DNA of 64,000 nucleotides from an uncultured Verrucomicrobiae bacterium (GTDB lineage: Bacteria > Verrucomicrobiota > Verrucomicrobiia > Chthoniobacterales > Terrimicrobiaceae), in NCBI GenBank assembly GCA_963706955.1, contig CAVPOC010000009.1, positions 1 through 64,000 on the forward strand, given 5' to 3'. Within the stretch, counting starts at the first letter, position 1. Every line of letters starts with the position of its first letter. The translations under genes were made by a program, and so were the position numbers. Shown here piece after piece: positions 1 to 8,369 of the stretch. The notes below the pieces were generated by a model. That model was not told the origin of the DNA. It saw only the letters and a program-made list of their open reading frames with translations, and searched no databases.

Positions 1-1
1 A

Positions 2-583
2 CGCTTTGCCGCGCAACTGGCACCCAATAGAAACGATCGAATCGTTATTACCTATGGTGGCAAAGCCGTGGAACTCCCTTCCAATGATGCGGTGACACGT
101 TCGGTTTTGACGGGATTTCTCAAGCATACCGGCGGAGAGGAAGTTAATAGCGTTAATGTGCGTTCCGTCGCAACGGCGCGTGGCATCGCCGTCGAAGAGG
201 TCAAGTCGACCGAGCAGACCGATTTTAACGAATGGTTGCATGTGGCTATTTGGAGCGGCGATTCGAGAGTCTCTCTTGGCGGGACATTTTTCGGAGCCAG
301 GAACGAGCCGCGAATCGTGCGGGTAAATAGCAATCCGGTCGAGGCCACCCCCAGCGGCGTGATCCTGCTGCTCGAAAATCATGACGTTCCAGGCATTGTC
401 GGGCGGATCGGGACAATCCTCGGTGCACATAAAGTCAATATCGCGAGCATGAGTTTGTCGCGTAACGAAGCCGGTGGCAAAGCCCTCACCCTGCTGAATC
501 TGGACAGCGCACCAGGCCGGGAGGTGCTTTCTCAGCTGCTGGAGAGTGGCGACATCTTTTCAGCACGGGTCATCCAATTGTAG
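2..583 (+). CDS. serA: D-3-phosphoglycerate dehydrogenase, C-terminal ASB + ACT domains (5'-truncated by window edge)
   Basis: Frame is open from position 2. VNSVN...RGIAVEE (ASB) and C-terminal ACT domain NHDVPGIVGRIGTILGAHKVNIASMSLSR. Confidence 0.9.
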   Translation, partial: RFAAQLAPNRNDRIVITYGGKAVELPSNDAVTRSVLTGFLKHTGGEEVNSVNVRSVATARGIAVEEVKSTEQTDFNEWLHVAIWSGDSRVSLGGTFFGARNEPRIVRVNSNPVEATPSGVILLLENHDVPGIVGRIGTILGAHKVNIASMSLSRNEAGGKALTLLNLDSAPGREVLSQLLESGDIFSARVIQL

Positions 584-688
584 GCAGGTTGCGGTTTGAC
601 ATCGCCGCGCTTACTGGAAGGTCGATCCGCGGGGAGAAAACTCTTCGGCCTTGCAGCAATTGCCCCCCTCAGGCTTAATGGCCTGGCA

Positions 689-2218
689 ATGTCCGAACAA
701 CCCTTGACCGGCCACGAACGTCCCGGTGACCCTTGCACCATCGTCATCTTCGGTGCGTCCGGCGACCTCACCAAACGAAAGCTCCTGCCAGCTCTTTACA
801 ACTTGAAGGCGTTGAAGCTGCTTCCGGCCAATTTCGCCATTATCGGTGTCGCGGTGAGCGATGGTAATGACGAGATGTACCGGAACCGAATTACCGAAGA
901 CATCAAGCAGTTCGCGACCCGGCCGGTCGACGATAAGGAGTGGGACGACTTTGCGAAACGCAGCTATTACATTCAGGGCGACTTCAAGGCGATCGAGACA
1001 TTCAAGCACCTCGCCGGCAAGATCGCTGAAGCTCAAAAGACCTGGAATCTCCCTGGCAATGTCTTGTTCTATCTCGCGGTCGCGCCGACGTTCTTTGCCA
1101 CCGTTGTCGAGCAACTACACGCTGTTGGCTTAACCAATGAGGCTCCGAATGCCTGGAGACGAGTCATTATCGAAAAGCCCTTCGGGCGAGATCTCGCCAG
1201 CGCTCGATCTCTGGACTGCGAACTGAGCAAGAATATCGACGAATCACAGATTTACCGGATCGATCACTATCTCGGAAAAGAGACGGTGCAGAATATCATG
1301 GTCTTCCGCTTTGGAAATTCGGTATTCGAGCCCATCTGGAATCGGCGCTACATCGAGTACGTTCAGATCACCGTCGCCGAGGAACTCGGCGTCGAACTGC
1401 GGGGCGGGTACTACGATCATTCGGGGGTCGTCCGCGACATGGTCCAAAATCATATCCTTTCGGTGCTCTCCTTGATCGCGATGGAGCCGCCGAGTTCGAT
1501 TTCTGGTGATAGCGTCCGCAACGAGAAGGTGAAGGTTCTGGAGGCAATCCGTCCGATGGAGCCCGAGGAGATCATTGGAAACACGGTCCGCGGGCAGTAT
1601 GCGGCTGGCACTATCGACGGAAAGCAGGTTCCCGCCTACCGCACCGAGCCCGACGTCAATCCGCAATCAAACACCGAGACGTTCGTGGCCATGAAATTGG
1701 AAGTGGAGAATTGGCGCTGGGCCGAGGTCCCGTTCTATGTCCGCAGTGGAAAGCGGCTGGCTACGCGAACGACACAGGTCGTCATCGGCTTTCGTCGTGC
1801 GCCCCTTCTACTCTTCGGTGAAGACGTGCAAAGCAACATCACTCCGAACCGTTTGGTGATCCATGTTCAACCTGACGAAGGCATCACCCTGGACATCCAT
1901 GCCAAGCGCCCCGGTCCATACATCAATATCGCCAACGTTCCGCTGGATTTCAGCTATGCGGATTTTGGCGAGCACACCGCTGCGACGGGATACGAGACAT
2001 TGCTCTACGATTGTGCCATCGGTGATCCGACGCTTTTTCACCGTTACGACAGCGTCGATGCGTCCTGGAGAATTGTGAATCCGATTTTGGATGTGTGGCA
2101 GGCTCTGCCGGCGCGAGATTTTCCGAACTATGCTTCGGGGAGTTGGGGACCGCAGGCGGCGGACCATCTCATTGAAAAGACCGGCCACAAATGGCATCAC
2201 TATCACCTCAACCGCTAA
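689..2218 (+). CDS. zwf: Glucose-6-phosphate 1-dehydrogenase
   Basis: GASGDLTKRKL, EKPFG, RIDHYLGKE, DMVQNH motifs. ATG at 689 preferred over TTG at 596. Confidence 0.97.
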   Translation: MSEQPLTGHERPGDPCTIVIFGASGDLTKRKLLPALYNLKALKLLPANFAIIGVAVSDGNDEMYRNRITEDIKQFATRPVDDKEWDDFAKRSYYIQGDFKAIETFKHLAGKIAEAQKTWNLPGNVLFYLAVAPTFFATVVEQLHAVGLTNEAPNAWRRVIIEKPFGRDLASARSLDCELSKNIDESQIYRIDHYLGKETVQNIMVFRFGNSVFEPIWNRRYIEYVQITVAEELGVELRGGYYDHSGVVRDMVQNHILSVLSLIAMEPPSSISGDSVRNEKVKVLEAIRPMEPEEIIGNTVRGQYAAGTIDGKQVPAYRTEPDVNPQSNTETFVAMKLEVENWRWAEVPFYVRSGKRLATRTTQVVIGFRRAPLLLFGEDVQSNITPNRLVIHVQPDEGITLDIHAKRPGPYINIANVPLDFSYADFGEHTAATGYETLLYDCAIGDPTLFHRYDSVDASWRIVNPILDVWQALPARDFPNYASGSWGPQAADHLIEKTGHKWHHYHLNR

Positions 2219-2279
2219 GCCGGGCAGCTCTGACGGTAGACTATAGACGCAAGCCCCGGCCGTAATACCCCCTCCCCCA

Positions 2280-3290
2280 ATGTCCGACCATCCTCAGATT
2301 ATTCTTGCCGGTGACATCGGTGGCACCAAGAGCAACCTCGCGATCCTTTCGATCGAACACGAGACCCTCAAGATCCATCGCAACCATCGATTCCCAAGTG
2401 GCGATTACACGAGTTTGAATGCCATTATTCATGAGTTTCTGGAGGCGGAGAAAGGCCACATTCCCGCCGCCTGTTTTGGTGTGCCGGGGCCGGTGAAGTA
2501 CGGTCGGGCAAGACCAACCAATCTCAACTGGGGCGTGGATGCCGCCGAGATTGAAAAGGCGTTCGCGATCCCGCAGGTGAGCCTGTTAAACGACCTCGAA
2601 GCCAATGCTTACGGGATTGGCGAACTTAATCCCGAGGACGTTGCCATAATTCAGGAAGGTCCGCCAGCGATGGGTGGCAACCGGTGCGTGGTCTCTCCGG
2701 GAACAGGTCTGGGCGAAGGCGGGCTCTTCTGGGATGGTGCTAAGAAAAAGTATCGGGTCTGGGCGTGCGAGGGGGGCCACACAGACTTTGCACCACGCAA
2801 CGACATCGAGATCGCCCTGCTCAAATATCTGATGAAGCAGTACGGCCACGTCAGTTACGAGCGCGTGGTCTCAGGCATGGGTCTAGAGAATATCTACAAG
2901 TTTCTGCGTGATACGGGGCGTGGTCAGGAGCTGCCGCAAGTTGCCGAAGAGATGAAGACCAACAAGCCGGGGCTGGTCATCTCGAAATACGCGGATTCCG
3001 GCGAGTGTCCAATGTGTGTGCAGACAACCGAGATCTTTGTGTCGTCATTCGGGGCCGAAGCCGGAAATATGGCGCTGAAGACTATGGCGACCGGAGGGGT
3101 CTATCTAGGGGGTGGGATACCAGCGAAGATGCTCAACGCGGCGAGGATCGAGGCCTTTACGAAGGCCTTCAACGACAAAGGCAGGCTTTCGAACCTGATG
3201 AAGACGATGCCGGTGAAGATCGTCCTGAACGATCAGGCAGCGCTTTTCGGAGCCGCAAGGTACGCGGTCGACCGCGCCGATATGATGTGA
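2280..3290 (+). CDS. glk: Glucokinase (E. coli Glk type)
   Basis: LAGDIGGT, LLNDLEA, GTGLG, EGGH, SYERVVSG, GGVYLGGGI motifs. Confidence 0.95.
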   Translation: MSDHPQIILAGDIGGTKSNLAILSIEHETLKIHRNHRFPSGDYTSLNAIIHEFLEAEKGHIPAACFGVPGPVKYGRARPTNLNWGVDAAEIEKAFAIPQVSLLNDLEANAYGIGELNPEDVAIIQEGPPAMGGNRCVVSPGTGLGEGGLFWDGAKKKYRVWACEGGHTDFAPRNDIEIALLKYLMKQYGHVSYERVVSGMGLENIYKFLRDTGRGQELPQVAEEMKTNKPGLVISKYADSGECPMCVQTTEIFVSSFGAEAGNMALKTMATGGVYLGGGIPAKMLNAARIEAFTKAFNDKGRLSNLMKTMPVKIVLNDQAALFGAARYAVDRADMM

Positions 3291-3300
3291 CGCGGGGCAG

Positions 3301-5490
3301 TTACTGGATGAGGCGTTCCAGTGACGCGTCTGGGGCAGCTCCGAGTTCTGTCGCCTTAACGTAGTGCTCTTTGGCCCGGTCGAGAGAAGGCGGCTGCGTC
3401 GTTGCGTAAAGCACCGCCAGATTGAAGTGAGCGTCCGGGTATTCCGGTCTGAGATCGATGGCCTTCTTTAGATGGGCCTCCGATCCATTCCACTCTTCTC
3501 TTTGCCCGAGACAAACGCCCAGATAGTTGTGCGCAACCGCGTCCTCCTCATTGAGGACGACCGCCTTCTGCAAGGCCTCGATCGCTTCGCCAAATTTTCC
3601 CATTCGGCTATAAACGATGCCCAAGTTGGTGTAGGCGTAGGCTTCGGTAAAGTCGATTTCGATAGCCTTCTTGAGCGCCACCTCTGCTGCCGAGAGCTTG
3701 CCTCCCTCAATCTGCACGGCGCCAAGATTGGACAAAGCGATGTAACTATTGGGCGTCTTCTCGACGACGATCTGATAGAGCTTTTCGGCCTCCACATAGT
3801 TCTTCTGCTCGAACATTGTCTTGGCCTCCTGGATTAGATCCCGGACATCTTGAGGAAGCGCGTCACCCCCGGCCGGTTCCTGAAGGAATTTGCCGGCTTT
3901 CACTTCTTCACCAGTGGGTCTGCTCACTGCCACGGTCACTTCCAGGCTCTGCGCGTTTGGTTCGGTGAGAAGGACGACCGGTTCCTTGAAAAGTGAGCGC
4001 TCTTCGGCGGTCAACTCGAGCACCGGTGCTCCTAGGACAGCGAGTTGTTCTTTGATTACGTCGGAGCTAATCTTAAGCGTTCCGATTTCCTGCTCGAGGA
4101 GTCTTTTCGCGTCGTCGCGTTTGGTCTGCTCGCGAATTTGGCGCAAGATGATTCCGCGAAGAAGTTCGTTTTCCATGGCCATCTTCTTCTCATCCGCTGT
4201 ATTCAGCTGAATTTGCGCAAGCCGTCCCGAAGTCTCGTCAAGCTGCTTTCGCAGGACATCGAGTTCATCGTTGCGTCGGGTGAGGCGCGCTTGAGCGGCC
4301 AGCAGCTTATCGTTCGCCGTGTTCAAGTCGCTTCGCAGGGCTTTTATAGTTCCGTCCTTCTCAGCCAGAGCCGCCACCGGCACCTTCCGGGCGAGCTTTG
4401 CCGTTAAAACCTTCTTCTCGGCGGCAAGTTTCTCGAAGTCGGTCTTGCTGACCATCTTTTCGGAGATTTCCGCAAGTTCGGTCTTCAGCCGTCTGTTCTC
4501 GATACTCACACGCTCGATTTCTGCGGAGTTATCTTTGATCTTTTTCACCTTCGCGAAAGCGTTATTCCGCTCATCGGCCAATTGCTTGCGTTCGGTGAGC
4601 AGGCCAGAGTGGACCGCATCGCTTTGTGCAATGTATTGGGCCGCTCGTTCGAGTTTTCCAAAGAGGCGCTGGTTTTCCTCCTGCAGCACCTCATTATCTG
4701 CCTGGATGTCAGCGAACTTTTTCAGAGTCTCCGCCAGCTGTTTCTCGTAGTTGGTGCGGATGCCAGCGACCGATGCGCCATCCTTCTGGACGTTTTCCAG
4801 AGCAGCAGTCGTTTGGGCGAGCTGCGACTTTAACTCGACAACGTTGACCTTGGTCTTGTCCACCTCGACGAGCGCGCTCTGAAGGTCGGCAGACTTGTTT
4901 AGCAAACGCTCGGTGAGCTCCTTGTTTTCGGTCCGAGCTTGAGCCAGTTCGCGCCGCAGTTCACGCAGCTCGCGCTCGGCGGCGGACGTCGTGGGCGAAG
5001 AACGACCGGTCGCGAGATCATCACGACGCAGCGCAGCGCGGGGAGCTTCCCGAGCGGTGCGTTTTTGAGCCGCTGGGGGCCTAAAGGCGACCGTGGGCAT
5101 CTGCGCAGAGACCGGTGCGCGCACCGGCACAGCTGGAGTTACCCGCTCGTTGTCCGCCACTGGCAGGCTACCTTCCGGCGGCTCAGGTGGAGGCAAGGCA
5201 CCCATGCTCTCTTCCAAGCGCTCGATACTTTCCTGAGTCTTGCGCAGGCGATAGTCGACCACAAGCGGTTGCCAATCTGGAGTAGACTTGCTGATCTGCT
5301 GCAGTATCTGCCGCGCCGAACGGTACTTCTTGATTGCCTCCTGCGGTTTGGCTTCGCGTTCCAGCTTTTCGGCGGCCTGAAAATCCTTGTAAGCGTTGAG
5401 AAAGCGGTCCGAGGAATCTTCGGAAAATGCCGCACTTAGCATTACCAGTGATGCCCCTATGGCAATAAGAAGAGATCCCGGCCGGTACAT
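3301..5490 (-). CDS. Exported coiled-coil protein with C-terminal TPR repeats
   Basis: N-terminal signal peptide, long heptad-rich central region, several TPRs (ALSNLGAV, AYTNLGIV, AHNYLGV, AHFNLAV). Confidence 0.85.
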   Translation of the reverse strand: MYRPGSLLIAIGASLVMLSAAFSEDSSDRFLNAYKDFQAAEKLEREAKPQEAIKKYRSARQILQQISKSTPDWQPLVVDYRLRKTQESIERLEESMGALPPPEPPEGSLPVADNERVTPAVPVRAPVSAQMPTVAFRPPAAQKRTAREAPRAALRRDDLATGRSSPTTSAAERELRELRRELAQARTENKELTERLLNKSADLQSALVEVDKTKVNVVELKSQLAQTTAALENVQKDGASVAGIRTNYEKQLAETLKKFADIQADNEVLQEENQRLFGKLERAAQYIAQSDAVHSGLLTERKQLADERNNAFAKVKKIKDNSAEIERVSIENRRLKTELAEISEKMVSKTDFEKLAAEKKVLTAKLARKVPVAALAEKDGTIKALRSDLNTANDKLLAAQARLTRRNDELDVLRKQLDETSGRLAQIQLNTADEKKMAMENELLRGIILRQIREQTKRDDAKRLLEQEIGTLKISSDVIKEQLAVLGAPVLELTAEERSLFKEPVVLLTEPNAQSLEVTVAVSRPTGEEVKAGKFLQEPAGGDALPQDVRDLIQEAKTMFEQKNYVEAEKLYQIVVEKTPNSYIALSNLGAVQIEGGKLSAAEVALKKAIEIDFTEAYAYTNLGIVYSRMGKFGEAIEALQKAVVLNEEDAVAHNYLGVCLGQREEWNGSEAHLKKAIDLRPEYPDAHFNLAVLYATTQPPSLDRAKEHYVKATELGAAPDASLERLIQ

Positions 5491-5616
5491 TTAGGATGAG
5501 GGACGGTTAATATCATGAACTCCTAGGGTAAATGCAAGGCCGAAAGGAGGTAAAACCCAATAACCTAAGTGCAATGGCATAAGCTCGTTGCATGTTGATT
5601 AGAATATTCGCCGGTA

Positions 5617-5646
5617 TTGACAAGCGAAAGAGCGCGGTGCTAGCTT
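5617..5646 (+). promoter_or_regulatory. Putative sigma70 promoter for the HNH gene
   Basis: TTGACA (5617-5622), 18-nt spacer, TG-n-TAGCTT extended -10 (5641-5646), about 50 nt before ATG 5695. Confidence 0.5.
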
Positions 5647-5694
5647 GCGCGCTAAATTTTCGATTCGTGGCGAGTTGCAGGCGAACTAACGCAA

Positions 5695-6306
5695 ATGGAA
5701 GGCATTCTTGATCAGCCCGTGCTGGTTTTAAACCGCCTCTGGCAGGCGGTAAATACATGTTCGGTCCGGCGCGCTTTCACACTCCTTTACCAAGGGCATG
5801 CTCAAGTGGTTTCCACTGACAGTTCCAACAATTATTTGACGCATGATTTCACTAGCTGGCGCGACTTTTCCCGCGCCAATCCGGAACCGGAAATGGTCCA
5901 TACGATTTCCGTCAGCATTCGCATTCCGCGGATAATCGTGCTCCTGTTGTTCGAGCGACTGCCGAAGAAGGAAGTAAAGTTCACCAGGCACAACGTCTTT
6001 GAGCGGGACAGAAATACTTGTCAGTATTGCGGCGAGATTTTCGAGCGGCACGAGTTAAACCTTGATCATGTTCTTCCTCGAGACCGTGGCGGCCAGACTA
6101 CCTGGGAGAACATCGTCTGCTCATGCATTCCATGCAATACGAAGAAGGGCAATCGGCTTCCGCACGAGGCCGGCCTTCAGCTAATCCGAAAGCCGAGACG
6201 ACCGAGATGGCGCCCGTTTGTTAACATCAGCTTTTCGCGAACCCACCACGACAGTTGGAAGCATTTTCTTGACCTTGCCTATTGGAATGTGGAGCTCGGT
6301 CAATAA
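5695..6306 (+). CDS. HNH endonuclease (McrA-like, zinc-binding)
   Basis: RDRNTCQYCG...LDHVLPRDRGG...WENIVCSCIPCNTKKG. Confidence 0.92.
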   Translation: MEGILDQPVLVLNRLWQAVNTCSVRRAFTLLYQGHAQVVSTDSSNNYLTHDFTSWRDFSRANPEPEMVHTISVSIRIPRIIVLLLFERLPKKEVKFTRHNVFERDRNTCQYCGEIFERHELNLDHVLPRDRGGQTTWENIVCSCIPCNTKKGNRLPHEAGLQLIRKPRRPRWRPFVNISFSRTHHDSWKHFLDLAYWNVELGQ

Positions 6307-6334
6307 AGAGAGCGGAATTCCTCGCCGAGGGACG

Positions 6335-6829
6335 CTACATCGTCAGCACAAAATACACCGCCGCGCCAAAGGAGATGACCGCAAGCGCAGCGAGCCCGGA
6401 CAAGGCAGTAGCCGCTGGATCTCTCGACTCAACATTCTTTGGGGACGGAGATAAGCTGACGAAATTCGCGGGGCGTGCGCTCGAAGTGGCCGCGTCCAAC
6501 GCCGTGGGCGAAAAATCCGGTCGGGGCTGAGAAAGAGCTTCTGCTTCGCTGAGGAACACGCCATCGACGCTTCCAAAGCGAAGCTCGTCTCCATGTCGGA
6601 GGATGGCATCTGTGATCTGTGCGCCGTTGACGTAAGTGCCATTGGTCGATCCGGAGTCGCGGAGATGATACCTGCCCGCTTCCGGGAAGAGGTCGGCATG
6701 GTGGCTTGAAACCGAGGGCTCGTCGATCTGCAAATTGTTATGCGCGAGTCTGCCGATCGTCACCTTCTCCTCGCCAAGGTCGAAGTTGATCCGGATGTCT
6801 TCGGAGAGAAAAATTTGGAGTTGGGGCAT
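6335..6829 (-). CDS. FHA-domain protein with C-terminal membrane anchor
   Basis: IGR...VSSHHA...LRDSGSTNGTYVNG FHA signature; hydrophobic C-terminus. Confidence 0.9.
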   Translation of the reverse strand: MPQLQIFLSEDIRINFDLGEEKVTIGRLAHNNLQIDEPSVSSHHADLFPEAGRYHLRDSGSTNGTYVNGAQITDAILRHGDELRFGSVDGVFLSEAEALSQPRPDFSPTALDAATSSARPANFVSLSPSPKNVESRDPAATALSGLAALAVISFGAAVYFVLTM

Positions 6830-6837
6830 TGGGCGCG

Positions 6838-8016
6838 CTATGACTTTTCTTTGGCTCGATGGACTTCGTTGGCAAATTCGGCAAAGAAGTAGGAGGCGTC
6901 GTGAGGTCCTGGGGAAGCCTCGGGATGATACTGCACGCTGAAGGCTGGGAATTGCTTATGGCGCAGCCCAGCTACCGTGCCATCATTTAGGTTGATGTGG
7001 GTCACTTCAATTTCACTGGGGAGCGAGTCTGGATCAACGGCATAGCCGTGGTTCTGAGAGGTGATGGCTATTTTTCCGGTGCGGAGATCTTTCACGGGCT
7101 GATTGGCTCCACGATGTCCAAACTTTAGTTTGAAAGTCTTGCCGCCTAAGGCCAGGGCGAGCACCTGGTGCCCAAGGCAAATCCCGAACATTGGCTGCTT
7201 TCCGATGAGACCGCGCACTGTTTGATGCGCATAGCCCAACGCCGCCGGATCTCCAGGGCCGTTGGAAAGGAACACGCCGTCGGGTCTGAGGGCGAGAACT
7301 TCATCAGCGGGAGTCGCCGCGGGCACGACCTTGACAGCAAATCCGTTTCGCCGAAGCGAGCGGAGGATGTTGCGCTTCAATCCAAAGTCATAGGCGATGA
7401 TTCGATGGACAACCGGGGGAAGCTCCTCGAAGAGATTGCCGGTTGTGTCAACGGAGGTTTCGGGAGGAACCTCACTTCGCGCGAGCGTCCACTTTCTACT
7501 TTTTCGATTCTCGACATCCCAGTCGTAGGGTGAGGCCGTGGTCACCTCCTTGACGAAATCCACCCCCTCGTAAGGAACCGAGCGTGCGAGGTGGATAGCT
7601 TCGTGGTCGCTCACCCCCTCGACAGCGATGCAAGCCCGCATCACTCCGGAGTTGCGCAGCCGACGTGTGAGCGCACGAGTATCGATACCTTGTATTCCGG
7701 GAACGCCATGCTGAAAGAGAAAATCATGAAGACTTCCCTGCGAGCGCCAACTGCTCGCCAACGGGCTCAGCTCTTCAATGACGAAGCCGCGCACTTGTGG
7801 CATTTCACTTTCAACGTCGAGTAGGTTGGTCCCGTAATTTCCGACAAGGGGATAAGTCATCGCCACAATCTGGCCTCGGTAGGAGGGATCGGTAAGCACC
7901 TCCTGGTAGCCGGTCATGGCTGTGTTGAAGCAGATTTCGCCCGCCTGCGTTCGCGGAGAACCAAACGACTCGCCACGAAACACGGTTCCGTCTTCAAGTG
8001 CCAGGACTGCATCCAC
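6838..8016 (-). CDS. carA: Carbamoyl-phosphate synthase small subunit
   Basis: [45 protein letters not shown]. Confidence 0.97.
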   Translation of the reverse strand: MDAVLALEDGTVFRGESFGSPRTQAGEICFNTAMTGYQEVLTDPSYRGQIVAMTYPLVGNYGTNLLDVESEMPQVRGFVIEELSPLASSWRSQGSLHDFLFQHGVPGIQGIDTRALTRRLRNSGVMRACIAVEGVSDHEAIHLARSVPYEGVDFVKEVTTASPYDWDVENRKSRKWTLARSEVPPETSVDTTGNLFEELPPVVHRIIAYDFGLKRNILRSLRRNGFAVKVVPAATPADEVLALRPDGVFLSNGPGDPAALGYAHQTVRGLIGKQPMFGICLGHQVLALALGGKTFKLKFGHRGANQPVKDLRTGKIAITSQNHGYAVDPDSLPSEIEVTHINLNDGTVAGLRHKQFPAFSVQYHPEASPGPHDASYFFAEFANEVHRAKEKS

Positions 8017-8103
8017 ACGCGCATGATAGACACTCGCGCGCCGTGCTCAAACGGAAACGGCGGCAAGCTCTCATCCGGAGGAACTTCAGACCGCCTCGGC
8101 GCG

Positions 8104-8138
8104 AAAAAACGACCTGCTTCTTATCGAAGCAGGCCGTT
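8104..8138 (-). terminator. Rho-independent terminator downstream of the 6S RNA / pheT
   Basis: Minus strand AACGGCCUGCUUC-GAUAA-GAAGCAGGUCGUU followed by a U run. Confidence 0.85.
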
Positions 8139-8146
8139 GGAGGTTA

Positions 8147-8326
8147 TTGCCCCGCGCGTGCCGTTTCGACGCATATCCCGTTCCCTATTCTAGGGTGGAT
8201 GACCGCCGCAAGACGCGCTGACTTCCAGTGAAGGCCTGCCATTGCGCCTTTCGGCCCAGCCTCCGGGATGATTTGATTTATCGGTTCGGGAGCTTGCGCC
8301 GTTCAATCGCGAACACCGCAGGGCAA
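8147..8326 (-). ncRNA. ssrS: Probable 6S RNA
   Basis: 180-nt element whose ends pair (5' UUGCCCUGCG-GUG with 3' CAC-G-CGCGGGGCAA). It carries 6S-like GUGUUCG, CCCGAACC, UCCACC and ACGGCAC blocks, lies just downstream of pheT and is followed by a terminator. Confidence 0.8.
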
Positions 8327-8369
8327 ATCGTTTTCTTCGCCTTTCGGCGACGGCAATTTTTCGAGAGAG

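Noticed and set aside
596..688. Long N-terminal extensions from the ORF track (zwf; also rpmI, uvrA, porin, lspA, mfd)
   Set aside because: Downstream starts fit SD sites, stop/start overlaps, signal peptides or family N-termini better.
5575..5592. TGGCAT...TTGCA as a sigma54 promoter
   Set aside because: GG-to-GC spacing is 12 nt rather than the required 10.
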